A stretch of DNA of 32,000 nt from Escherichia coli (GTDB taxonomy: Bacteria; Pseudomonadota; Gammaproteobacteria; Enterobacterales; Enterobacteriaceae): the NCBI RefSeq assembly GCF_048457195.1, contig NZ_CP172336.1; one strand, written 5' to 3'. A program made the translations under genes and the position numbers. A model generated the notes under the pieces. That model had not been told where the DNA came from. It ran no database searches and worked only from the letters and a program-made list of their open reading frames with translations. Each line of letters starts with the position of its first letter. The stretch's first letter is position 1. Below, piece by piece: positions 10,673-20,475 of this stretch.

Positions 10673-10891
10673 TCATTCCTTATGCTCCTTACACTGATCA
10701 TCGACACCCACTGTCTCCCCCTTTTGCCTGCCTCCCTTTGCTTTACGCACCGGGAATTGCTGACGTTCCAGATATTGCTCTACCGCTTCGCGTAAAATTG
10801 CAGATCGTGAAACCTTACGCCAGCCCCTAAGCTTGTTCAGCCGTTTAATTGCCTCTTCTGATAAATGAAGAAAAACCGTATTCATCGCCAT
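10673..10891 (-). CDS. yiiE: Ribbon-helix-helix protein YiiE
   Basis: MAMNTVFLHLSEEAIKRLNKLRGWRKVSRSAILREAVEQYLERQQ; paralogous to YiiF. The track ORF extends to 10897. Confidence 0.88.
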   Translation of the reverse strand: MAMNTVFLHLSEEAIKRLNKLRGWRKVSRSAILREAVEQYLERQQFPVRKAKGGRQKGETVGVDDQCKEHKE

Positions 10892-10982
10892 TACCAATAC
10901 CTTATATATGACTCATTAATGTATGTGCGAAAATTACGCCGAAAAATCATTTAAAAAAAGCGGATTTTTGCATGCTGTTTTG

Positions 10983-11026
10983 TTTTTGCGAGACGTTTTC
11001 CAGAAATAATAAGAACGTTGCAGTTG
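10983..11026 (-). repeat. Copy B of a diverged duplicated segment upstream of yiiE
   Basis: TTTTTGCGAGACGTTTTCCAGAAATAATAAGAACGTTGCAGTT matches copy A, with the same position relative to its RHH gene. Confidence 0.75.
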
Positions 11027-11393
11027 TTTCATTTGTTAATCAAAAATGGTTTAGTTATCGCCCAGGATGAGATATGGGTGCTATAAATATATTATATTCA
11101 GGGATATTTATTTTTTGATTGGGTCTTCATTTGCATAATCTGAATGGTGTACCCGAAAAATGTCAGCATCCTAACAGCACCAGGATTTAAGGTGAAATTA
11201 ATCATCCATCACAGACCGGTCTTTACTTGCTCGTCGTTATAATTTTGTTGGTAACAGTTTGGGAAACAAGGAATTCCTTCCGGAACACCCCCGGTATCAT
11301 CCGATAGCATTGACGTCAATCATCGGCGCGACGATGAGTTTTTTTAATCGCATCATAGGGTGGCAACGGTCAGCACGATACGGGTCATAGCAA

Positions 11394-11435
11394 AACTCCT
11401 GCACAGGCGGCCACTATGCCGCTTTCACAGGAGTT
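11394..11435. other. Compound inverted repeat / hairpin
   Basis: AACTCCTG (11394-11401) ... CAGGAGTT (11428-11435), with an inner GCGGC/GCCGC pair. Confidence 0.6.
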
Positions 11436-11564
11436 CTGAATGCTAGTGCTTTCTGTATGGCATCGCCATGCCCCTCGCGGCTAAGCGCCTGCACACATCT
11501 CTCTTTGAATGTCATTTTTGCAATGCATTGTCCGAATTCTGATAATCCTAATGAGTTTTACCCG

Positions 11565-13379
11565 TCAGACTCCCATCCCTACGGTATACGAGCTAGATTC
11601 ATGAATGAAATCGACATTTTTAAAAAACGAATCTTGTAAAACATCAGTGTTGATATTACCTTGCAACCCAACATTGAATTTGTTAGAGACATGAAGAACT
11701 CGAATATCAAAAAGGTCTTTTAATATCATTAATTCTTCGGCTGTTAATGAATCGCAGTTAAAATATCCCTGTTGATCAACAAGATTTTCTATTTCTCCAT
11801 CATCAGCGAGGCGTTTTTCAAAGAGTGTTTGCAACATCGAGTTGCCAAGGACAATGGATATCGTGCGATCTTTCGCAGATTTACACCCCATCACAACGGC
11901 AACATTCGTATCCCCCTCAGGAGTTTCATTTATCGCCGTCGCTAAAATGGTGGTCAAACACGCAAACGGAACTGTATTTCTTTCGTGATTTAATTTATCT
12001 ACCAGCTCATTCCATTTATCAAAAGCCGGGCGATATTTGTTGCGCACAGAAGCATCCAACTGGGTAAACAATTGAGCCATGCGATTTTTTATCATCTCGA
12101 TATCCGGCGAACCAGAAAGACTTTGTGCATAATACGGTCCTGATGATGTTGCATACATTAAAGCCGAGCCCACACCTGTCGCCATGATGGGCGCAGCCAC
12201 GGTTTTGGCAAGGGCGACGCTGCGATGGCTATGCGCTTCACAGGCTAAAGGAACATATTCCACTGACTGCGGTAATTCCTCACATGCCTCCCTCATCATT
12301 GCGGTATGCTTTACAAACAACGGTTTTTCACTGCCCAAAAAAACTTTCTGCTTAATTGCACTAAGAAAACGTAAATCAAAAATGATTGTTTTTGGTTTAT
12401 TATTTTTTGGCACATTTCCTATTATCCCGCTAAGAACCTTTCTTGCTGCATGGAGATTTTTTTGCACAGCACATAACACAATTGACGAAGCCTTCTCTAC
12501 TGCATTATTGATTTTAATTTTAAAATCTGCATGATATACGTTGACGGGCAATGCAAGTATATCTTCCCCTACATCTTTGGCTGAGTATTTATTTGTGATC
12601 GACGGTCGTGAATCCACGAGAAAACTTAGCTGCAAATTATGCTCTATATTACCAGCTGTTTTTGTAGTGTGATTAAACATAGAGATGCCACCTCTCATTC
12701 TTTCACACATATCCTCAACTTTTTCACTTCGTTCTTGAGGCAATTTGGCTTTAACGTTAATTTGATGATTTTTACCCGTGCATTCCTTAACTACAAGAGG
12801 AATGTTATCTAAAGTGCCATACAGGCTAATAACGTCACCAGGATTTTTATCATGTAAGTAAGTTTGATTAATACTCGAAGCATTCACAAAGAGGTCAATA
12901 TTATAACTGTTTATAACTTCACCTACATCAAATGTGTAGTGCTTACTCTGGAGGCTGCCATCCTTGTTTAATTGTATATCAATCAATATATCCCCGGACT
13001 TTGTCACCATATCTTTGCCATAAACCATTTGCATAGCCATTTCGAGGAGATTTTTATCTAACTGATTGCGGACGTTGAGTAAGCGACTACCAAATAATTT
13101 ATATACTGTTCCCGTCATTGCCAGCGCTGCACTTTCTGGTACTTTGCGTTTCCACAGTGAGGTTTCTTTATTTTTAAACAGGTCATATTTATTATTACTC
13201 GACAACCCGAGTTTAAGTTCGTTAACACAATCGCACAGTTGCTCCTCACCTTCCATTTTAAGGCGATGTGAAAAATCATTTAATAGCGTTTGCTTCGGTG
13301 ATTCATTACTCATTAGTTGTTTTTCTAAATTAACAACAGAATAACTTTCTTGTTTAATGAGATTAATATTGGCAACCAT
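11565..13379 (-). CDS. Putative C-X5-R phosphatase, SopB/IpgD-like inositol-phosphate phosphatase effector (about 604 codons)
   Basis: CKSAKDR at 11865-11885 aligns with the SopB/IpgD catalytic CKSGKDR. The downstream text LTAEELMILKDLF...VLHVSNKFNVGLQGN resembles the LF..IL..SGN.EIQ..NTGVPGNK region of that family. A strong SD AGGAGG (13385-13390) precedes the ATG at 13379; the track ORF extends to 13418. Confidence 0.6.
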   Translation of the reverse strand: MVANINLIKQESYSVVNLEKQLMSNESPKQTLLNDFSHRLKMEGEEQLCDCVNELKLGLSSNNKYDLFKNKETSLWKRKVPESAALAMTGTVYKLFGSRLLNVRNQLDKNLLEMAMQMVYGKDMVTKSGDILIDIQLNKDGSLQSKHYTFDVGEVINSYNIDLFVNASSINQTYLHDKNPGDVISLYGTLDNIPLVVKECTGKNHQINVKAKLPQERSEKVEDMCERMRGGISMFNHTTKTAGNIEHNLQLSFLVDSRPSITNKYSAKDVGEDILALPVNVYHADFKIKINNAVEKASSIVLCAVQKNLHAARKVLSGIIGNVPKNNKPKTIIFDLRFLSAIKQKVFLGSEKPLFVKHTAMMREACEELPQSVEYVPLACEAHSHRSVALAKTVAAPIMATGVGSALMYATSSGPYYAQSLSGSPDIEMIKNRMAQLFTQLDASVRNKYRPAFDKWNELVDKLNHERNTVPFACLTTILATAINETPEGDTNVAVVMGCKSAKDRTISIVLGNSMLQTLFEKRLADDGEIENLVDQQGYFNCDSLTAEELMILKDLFDIRVLHVSNKFNVGLQGNINTDVLQDSFFKNVDFIHESSSYTVGMGV

Positions 13380-13794
13380 TACAGCCTCCTTCCCACGGTT
13401 TAAGAGCAAACATGCCACATAATTATTTACAACATCCAGAAGCAGTAAATGAATGATACTGACAATGACGCCAGTCCATTATCTTTGCATAATGTTTGTT
13501 AGCTATAGATTTTAAAAATATTTATGAGAAAAGTATTGCACCAGAGGGGGTTTTGACTATCAAAAATCGCTCAAACCTGAACTAAGATGATGAATTAAGC
13601 ATTATCAGCGATAATTGCCACTCAGCTCTACAAATAATATTTAAATGCTCCTGAACAGTGATGTAGCAAGACACGTATGGTGCCAACGAAGAATAAAAAT
13701 TTATAGAGTTCTTATTCAATATAACCGGAATAGTCAGAGACTGATGTAAATGACCTGAAAGAATGAGAGAGGCAGCACCGCCCCTCTCCATCAG

Positions 13795-14784
13795 CTACTC
13801 TTCTTCGTTCCCGCCCTCTTCATAGGGGCCAAATGGCTTCGCGGGCAGAACGATATACGTGCCTTCAAACACTGCACCCGGCGTCTCGTCGCCAAAGATT
13901 TCGACCTGCATTTGTACCCGCGCTTTGCGCCCGCGCGCCAGACGGTCGAGATCGCCGCTTAAGGCACCGAGGTCGGCTACCGCATGAGGTTTACCGCTAA
14001 TCGGCTTGCTGTAGCGAATATGCGCATCCGCCAGAATAATCGTTCCGCCCAGATGGCGTTCACGCAGCATCAGCCAGATAAGTCCCCAACCGGTGAGCGT
14101 TGCCAGTGAGAATAAACTCCCGGCAAACAGCGTATGGTGCGGATTCTGATTACCGGTTTCCGGCATGGTGGTGATAAATTTTTGCCCGGTATATTGCTGA
14201 ATGCGCACGCCCATTTTTTCGCTTAGCGGGATATGTTCGTACCACGCCTGTTGCAGCTGCGCGCACCAGTCGCCGCGATGCAAAATATCATCCAGAGTGG
14301 CAACGGGTTTAATCATCAAAAAATGGCGAATCGGCGTGGTGGTTGGGGTAGTGATCTCCCCTTGATTGACAAACCCCAGTTTGGCAAAAAACTCCACCGC
14401 GTCTTCACGGGCACTACAGGTCACGCGCTTAACGCCTTCCTGACGCGCCACCGACTCAAGGGTCATCGCCATCAGCGTTCCTAACCCTTTGTCCTGCACG
14501 TCGGGATGAACGGCCATAAAGCGAATGGACGCTTCATTGTCGGCATTAATATACAGTCGGCCTACCGCCACCAGATTACCCTGCTCGTCGACGACCATCT
14601 GGTGATGCGCCATCGCATCCCACGCGTCGCGTTCCGAACCTTTCGGTTGATGCAGGGGCTTACGCAACATTTCCCAGCGAAACTGATAGTAACGCTCTAA
14701 TTCTTCTTCTGTTTGTGGAACCCGAAGGTGATACATAGCGATACTCTCTCTTGTTTCCCGTGACAACCCTGGAAGCTGGCTCAT
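13795..14784 (-). CDS. fabY: Acetyl-ACP:malonyl-related initiation enzyme FabY (YiiD), GNAT plus thioesterase-like domains
   Basis: [41 protein letters not shown]... followed by an N-acetyltransferase core ([15 protein letters not shown]) and a hotdog-like C-terminal domain; 329 aa. Confidence 0.93.
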
Positions 14785-15218
14785 ACCTGCAACCAGAATG
14801 TCACGGGGCCATCATTGACCAGCGATACCTGCATATCGGCAGCGAAGCGTCCTGTTTGCGTGTTCATCTCTTGCTGACGGCAGCGTTCGACGAAATAGTC
14901 ATATAACGCCTCTGCGCGATCCGGTGATGCACCTTTGGAGAAACTTGGACGCATCCCCCGTTCGGTATCTGCGGCGAGGGTAAACTGGGAAACCACCAGC
15001 ACACTGCCGCCCGCCTGTTGCACGTTGAGGTTCATCTTGCCTTCGGCATCGCTAAAGATGCGATAGCCGAGCACACGCTCGCACAGACGGTTTGCTTTCT
15101 GTTCGTCGTCATCCTTTTCGACACCCAATAACACCAAAAGTCCCGCGCCAATTTCGCCCGTCACTTCTCCCTCCACGGTGACGCTGGCACGGGTTACGCG
15201 TTGAATTAATGCAATCAT
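14781..15218 (-). CDS. dtd: D-aminoacyl-tRNA deacylase
   Basis: [37 protein letters not shown]...SQFTLAADT...[23 protein letters not shown]; 145 aa. Confidence 0.97.
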
Positions 15219-16087
15219 GGTTCGTCGTCTTCTTCTTGTTCAGCTGCTTGCTTTAGTTTGCGGTATTCCCCGAGAGTGACAGTAATTTCCGCGCCAAGCA
15301 AGACGATACACCATGTCCAGTAGACCCAGACAAAGAGAATGGGGATCACCGCCAGCACACCGTAAATGAGCTGATATGAGGGGAACATGGTGATATAAAG
15401 CGCGAAACCTTTCTTTCCTGCTTCGAACAGGAGTGCGGCGACAAACGCGCCGACAATCGCGTCGCGATTAGGTACGCGGATGGTAGGAACAATGCTGTAC
15501 AGCAACCAGAAGGAGATCCACGACAACAGCAGCGGAAAAATACGCAGCACGTTGTCGATGACAGTATTGAGATCGCTCGCCCAGCGCAGGGAGAGCAAAT
15601 AGGAACTGATCGCCAGACTGGCCCCTGCCAGCAGCGGCCCCAGCGTTAAAATCATCCAGTACACGGCAAACGAGTAAATTTTTGGTCGCGCTCGTTTACT
15701 GCGCCAGATGGTATTCAACGCGCTATCGATGGAGTACATCAACAATAACGCCGTGACGATCAGCCCGCACGCCCCAACGGCGGTCATCTTGTTGGAATTG
15801 GCAACAAATTGTTCGATATACCGCTGAATAACATCGCCAGTAGCAGGCAGAAAGTTGGCAAAAATAAAGTGACGCAACTGAATGCTGACGTCGGAAAACA
15901 TGGGAAAAGCGGCGAAAAGCGCAAAAACAACGGCAACCAGCGGCACTAATGAGAGCAACGACACATAGGCAAGGTTACCTGCCAGGGTTGTCATGTTGTC
16001 CTCATCAATGCGTTGCCAGAGTAGTTTTAGCCAGGCCCATAGTGGACGGGTACGGTGCCTGGCTTTGTCCTGAATGGTTTTTAGCAT
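15215..16087 (-). CDS. yihY: YihY/BrkB family inner membrane protein
   Basis: 290 aa polytopic protein with [24 protein letters not shown] and [14 protein letters not shown] characteristic of this family. Confidence 0.95.
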
Positions 16088-16680
16088 AACACCTTCGCGA
16101 AATAGTCCGGGATGGTGGTTTTATCTTTCACCAGAATACTGGTAATGCCTAGCTGATTCGCTCCTTCTATATTATCGGCGTTATCGTCGAAAAAGACCGT
16201 ATCGCTGGGTGAAAAACCTTCTGCCTGCAAAACATGCTGATAAATTCGTGCTTCAGGTTTGCGCATCCCCAGATCTTGCGACAGATAGATATGGTCAGCA
16301 GCATCACGGATTTCCGGGTATTCCTCCGGCCAGAAGGTAGTATGCAGGCGGTTAGTATTGGAAAGCACCACCACGCGATGCCCCTGCTCACGCAGTTTAT
16401 GCATGATGGCGATCACTTCCGGGCGCAGCGCGACAAACACCGCCTGCCAGCCGTGAGAGAACTGCTCGTAGCTTAGCGGTAGAGCCATCTCATGACACAG
16501 CGCCTCTGCGAACGCTTCGTCGCTAATTTCCCCACGCTCATGCTGATGAAACGCCTCGCCCATGTGGAAACTCTTCTTAAGCGTAGCCAGTGGAACACGC
16601 GTTAAATCGCTCCAGGCTCCCAGCACACGGTTAAAGTCGATATCGACAATCACATTACCTAAATCAAAGATATAGAGCAT
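16081..16680 (-). CDS. yihX: HAD-family alpha-D-glucose-1-phosphate phosphatase YihX
   Basis: HAD motifs [38 protein letters not shown]; the likely start MLYIF is 7 codons inside the track ORF. Confidence 0.94.
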
Positions 16681-16778
16681 TTTTGCCTCCTTTCGCGCCA
16701 CAAGAAATTAACTGTAGCGGGAAAGGATGGGTTTGGCTATGTGGTCAGGTATGAAGCCAGGTCAACGGTCACAAAATT

Positions 16779-17564
16779 CTACGCGTCTTCCTGGGGAAGG
16801 ATGATTTCAATTTGGCTGTCTTGTAAGCGTGATTTTAGCGCAGCGGGCGGCAGCTCGTCGGTAAAGAGCGCAGTGACCTGTGCCACATTACCAATTTCAA
16901 CCGCCGCCGAAGCATGATACTTAGTGTGATCGGCGACCAGCAGGATATTTCTCGCGTGCGCCATCATCGTTTTCACCACGTTAGCTTCGTTAACATCAAA
17001 CTCCATCAACGCGCCATCGCTCTCGATTGCGCCTACGCTTGTTACCAGATAATCGGCGCGAAAATCGGCCACAAAGGACGCCGCTGAAGGGCCAATGATC
17101 CCACTGTTATGGGAACGCAGCGTTCCGCCAGGCACCATCACTTCAAAGCGCGGGTTGTGGTAAAGAATATGCGCCACACGCAGGCTGTTGGTGATTATCC
17201 GCAAATGATTATGGTTAAGTAACGCCCGGGCAACATGCTCAACAGTCGTACCGATGGTGATAAATATTGTCGATCCATCAGGAATATAGTCTGCCACCGC
17301 TTCGGCAATCGCTTTTTTCTCTTCAGTTTGCGAAACCTCACGCTGCTCAAACGCCGTATTAACGACGCTGGAAGCCCGACCCGCGCCACCGTGATGGCGC
17401 GTAATCAGTCCTTGCTCGCTTAATTTACGAATATCCCGGCGGACCGTCTGCGTGGAGACATCCAGCAGATTTGCCAGCTCATCAATATTCATATACCCAC
17501 GCTCGGCGATCAGCATGAGGAGTTGGTCGTGCCGCGGGTTACCGGTTAGTTCGGTAAGGCTCAT
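16779..17564 (-). CDS. yihW: DeoR-family transcriptional regulator of sulfoquinovose catabolism (CsqR/YihW)
   Basis: MSLTELTGNPRHDQLLMLIAERGYMNIDELANLLDVSTQTVRRDIRKLSEQGLITRHHGGA (DeoR HTH); 261 aa. Confidence 0.95.
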   Translation of the reverse strand: MSLTELTGNPRHDQLLMLIAERGYMNIDELANLLDVSTQTVRRDIRKLSEQGLITRHHGGAGRASSVVNTAFEQREVSQTEEKKAIAEAVADYIPDGSTIFITIGTTVEHVARALLNHNHLRIITNSLRVAHILYHNPRFEVMVPGGTLRSHNSGIIGPSAASFVADFRADYLVTSVGAIESDGALMEFDVNEANVVKTMMAHARNILLVADHTKYHASAAVEIGNVAQVTALFTDELPPAALKSRLQDSQIEIILPQEDA

Positions 17565-17597
17565 GAAAATTCCTCGAAAAACCATCACCCTGGCATT

Positions 17598-18494
17598 TTA
17601 TACAAAAAGTGACAAAAAAGATCGGGTTTGATCACAGTCAGGGATCCCAGCTCGTCCACCGGGACGTGTGCATTTTAACGCCGCTACACCGCTGGCGAAG
17701 CGGACTGACTCCGCTAAATCCCCACCTGTGGCCAGCGCCACCGCCAAAGCGCCGTGAAAAACATCACCCGCTCCTGTGGTATCTACCACATCAACTTTGA
17801 AGGCCGGTTGATGCTGTCGCCCGCCATTCTCCAGCCAGTCACAGCCTGCACTGCCCTGAGTAACATAGACATGACCATTTGTGAGCGTTTGTGCCTGTTT
17901 TAGCGCACTGGCCATCTCTTTCACCCCCGTTAAGCGCGCCAGACCCGGTTCTGAAAAGGCCGCATGATCGCTTAATGCCACCAGCTCACTGATATCCTGC
18001 GGCGTAATGTCCCCGTCCAAAACAGTCATCACGCCCGCCTGCCGGGCCAGGGTGAAGGCTTTTTTAGCACCTTCGTGCCAGCGTACATCCGCCAGCACAA
18101 CATCCCACTGAGAGAAATCAATTTCCTCCAACCACTCTGCGTCAGGCAGCAAGTCCGGGCTGGGGTAGTTAATGATTATCCGCTCGCCTTTGGTATCCAC
18201 CATGATGGCGGATTGCGAAGATTTCGCCTCGTTATACCGTTTGGTATAACGGGTGTTAACGCCCCAGGACTCCAGCTCTGCCAGCAGGCTGTTGCCTGTG
18301 TCGTCGTCACCGACGCGACCAATAAAATCGACCTGCGCACCTAGTCTGGCCGCCGCAACTGCTGCTGTAGCCGCTGGCCCGCCGCCAACTTCCGTATAAT
18401 TTTTCGCCACGTATTTACCGCTCTCCGTCGGCAATCCTTCCACGTAATAGATGCGATCCATCACGGTAATTCCTACACAAGCAACACGAATCAT
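17598..18494 (-). CDS. yihV: 6-deoxy-6-sulfofructose kinase (PfkB family)
   Basis: PfkB motifs GGGPAATAAVAAARLG and DTTGAGDVFHGA; located in the sulfo-EMP cluster. Confidence 0.95.
   Translation of the reverse strand: MIRVACVGITVMDRIYYVEGLPTESGKYVAKNYTEVGGGPAATAAVAAARLGAQVDFIGRVGDDDTGNSLLAELESWGVNTRYTKRYNEAKSSQSAIMVDTKGERIIINYPSPDLLPDAEWLEEIDFSQWDVVLADVRWHEGAKKAFTLARQAGVMTVLDGDITPQDISELVALSDHAAFSEPGLARLTGVKEMASALKQAQTLTNGHVYVTQGSAGCDWLENGGRQHQPAFKVDVVDTTGAGDVFHGALAVALATGGDLAESVRFASGVAALKCTRPGGRAGIPDCDQTRSFLSLFV
17602..17614. promoter_or_regulatory. Candidate CsqR operator copy upstream of yihW
   Basis: ACAAAAAGTGACA, exactly the same 13-mer as at 18627-18639. Confidence 0.5.
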
Positions 18495-18547
18495 GGTCAT
18501 TCCTTAAGCATTTTGGGATGCGTTCATTTTAATTTCACCAATTGTTT

Positions 18548-18639
18548 AAAAAGTGACGGCTGTCAATTTTTTGACGATAAATTACAAATACGATCAAAAA
18601 CAGACAAGCAAGGCATGTCATAAATGACAAAAAGTGACA
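18548..18639. promoter_or_regulatory. yihV/yihU divergent control region with two AAAAAGTGAC motifs
   Basis: AAAAAGTGAC at 18548-18557 and ACAAAAAGTGACA at 18627-18639 between divergent genes. Confidence 0.5.
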
Positions 18640-18661
18640 TTACTGTATTCAGGAGAGGGTT

Positions 18662-19558
18662 ATGGCAGCAATCGCGTTTATCGGTTTAGGGCAAATGGGT
18701 TCGCCAATGGCGAGCAATTTATTGCAGCAAGGGCATCAACTTCGCGTCTTTGATGTGAACGCCGAAGCTGTGCGGCATCTGGTAGACAAAGGTGCGACTC
18801 CCGCCGCCAACCCGGCGCAGGCCGCTAAAGATGCCGAATTTATCATTACCATGTTGCCGAATGGTGATCTGGTGCGCAGCGTGTTGTTCGGTGAAAACGG
18901 TGTCTGTGAGAGCTTATCTTCCGATGCGCTGGTCATTGATATGTCGACCATCCATCCGCTGCAAACCGATAAATTGATTGCTGATATGCAGGCCAGAGGC
19001 TTCAGCATGATGGATGTTCCGGTAGGCCGTACTTCTGCAAATGCCATTACCGGTACTCTGCTACTGCTGGCTGGCGGCACTGCTGAACAAGTTGAACGCG
19101 CCACGCCGATCCTGATGGCGATGGGCAGCGAGTTGATCAACGCGGGCGGTCCGGGCATGGGGATCCGCGTTAAGCTTATCAACAACTACATGAGCATCGC
19201 GCTCAATGCGTTGTCGGCAGAAGCCGCCGTTTTGTGCGAAGCCCTGAATCTTCCCTTCGATGTTGCCGTCAAGGTGATGAGCGGTACCGCCGCCGGTAAA
19301 GGCCACTTCACCACTTCCTGGCCGAACAAAGTCCTCAGCGGGGATCTTTCTCCCGCCTTCATGATCGATCTTGCCCATAAGGATCTTGGCATCGCCCTTG
19401 ATGTCGCCAACCAGTTGCATGTGCCGATGCCACTGGGGGCCGCCTCACGGGAGGTTTATAGCCAGGCGCGCGCAGCGGGTCGCGGTCGCCAGGACTGGTC
19501 CGCCATTCTGGAGCAGGTCCGTGTCAGTGCCGGGATGACTGCCAAAGTAAAAATGTAA
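18662..19558 (+). CDS. yihU: 3-sulfolactaldehyde reductase
   Basis: 3-hydroxyacid dehydrogenase Rossmann motif [20 protein letters not shown] and [17 protein letters not shown]. Confidence 0.96.
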   Translation: MAAIAFIGLGQMGSPMASNLLQQGHQLRVFDVNAEAVRHLVDKGATPAANPAQAAKDAEFIITMLPNGDLVRSVLFGENGVCESLSSDALVIDMSTIHPLQTDKLIADMQARGFSMMDVPVGRTSANAITGTLLLLAGGTAEQVERATPILMAMGSELINAGGPGMGIRVKLINNYMSIALNALSAEAAVLCEALNLPFDVAVKVMSGTAAGKGHFTTSWPNKVLSGDLSPAFMIDLAHKDLGIALDVANQLHVPMPLGAASREVYSQARAAGRGRQDWSAILEQVRVSAGMTAKVKM

Positions 19559-19581
19559 CGACTGGATAAAGGAATAAATGA

Positions 19582-20460
19582 ATGAATAAGTACACCATCA
19601 ACGACATTACGCGCGCATCGGGCGGTTTTGCCATGCTGGCGGTCGATCAGCGCGAAGCCATGCGCATGATGTTTGCCGCGGCTGGCGCACCCGCTCCAGT
19701 AGCCGATAGCGTTTTAACTGATTTCAAAGTTAACGCCGCGAAGACTCTTTCACCTTATGCATCGGCGATTCTGGTAGATCAACAATTCTGCTACCGCCAG
19801 GTGGTTGAGCAAAACGCAATTGCCAAAAGCTGCGCCATGATCGTCGCTGCCGATGAATTTATTCCAGGCAACGGTATTCCGGTGGATAGCGTAGTCATTG
19901 ACCGCAAAATCAACCCGCAACAAATCAAACAAGACGGTGGCAAAGCCTTAAAACTGCTGGTGCTGTGGCGTAGTGATGAAGATGCGCAGCAACGCCTGGA
20001 TATGGTGAAAGAGTTCAATGAACTGTGCCACTCACACGGTCTGGTGAGCATCATTGAGCCAGTCGTTCGTCCGCCGCGTCGTGGCGATAAATTCGATCGC
20101 GAACAAGCAATCATCGATGCAGCCAAAGAGCTGGGTGATAGCGGTGCAGACCTCTACAAAGTTGAAATGCCGCTTTACGGCAAAGGTCCGCAACAAGAGC
20201 TTCTCAGTGCTTCACAACGTTTGAATGACCATATCAATATGCCGTGGGTGATACTTTCTTCCGGTGTCGACGAAAAACTGTTCCCGCGTGCCGTACGCGT
20301 GGCAATGACGGCGGGCGCATCGGGATTCCTTGCAGGCCGTGCAGTCTGGGCATCGGTCGTCGGTTTACCAGACAACGAGTTGATGCTGCGTGACGTTTGC
20401 GTACCGAAATTACAACAACTTGGCGATATCGTCGACGAAATGATGGCTAAACGCCGTTAA
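19582..20460 (+). CDS. yihT: 6-deoxy-6-sulfofructose-1-phosphate aldolase
   Basis: [28 protein letters not shown]...; class I aldolase lysine region [11 protein letters not shown]; 292 aa. Confidence 0.96.
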   Translation: MNKYTINDITRASGGFAMLAVDQREAMRMMFAAAGAPAPVADSVLTDFKVNAAKTLSPYASAILVDQQFCYRQVVEQNAIAKSCAMIVAADEFIPGNGIPVDSVVIDRKINPQQIKQDGGKALKLLVLWRSDEDAQQRLDMVKEFNELCHSHGLVSIIEPVVRPPRRGDKFDREQAIIDAAKELGDSGADLYKVEMPLYGKGPQQELLSASQRLNDHINMPWVILSSGVDEKLFPRAVRVAMTAGASGFLAGRAVWASVVGLPDNELMLRDVCVPKLQQLGDIVDEMMAKRR

Positions 20461-20475
20461 GATGGGGATACAAAA

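Noticed and set aside
11457-11639. 60-aa plus-strand ORF (MASPCPSRLSACTHLSL...)
   Set aside because: Overlaps the 3' end of the phosphatase-like gene and has no recognisable features.
13582-13791. 69-aa minus-strand ORF between the phosphatase-like gene and fabY
   Set aside because: No clear SD or domain, lies in a non-coding AT-rich spacer; insufficient support.
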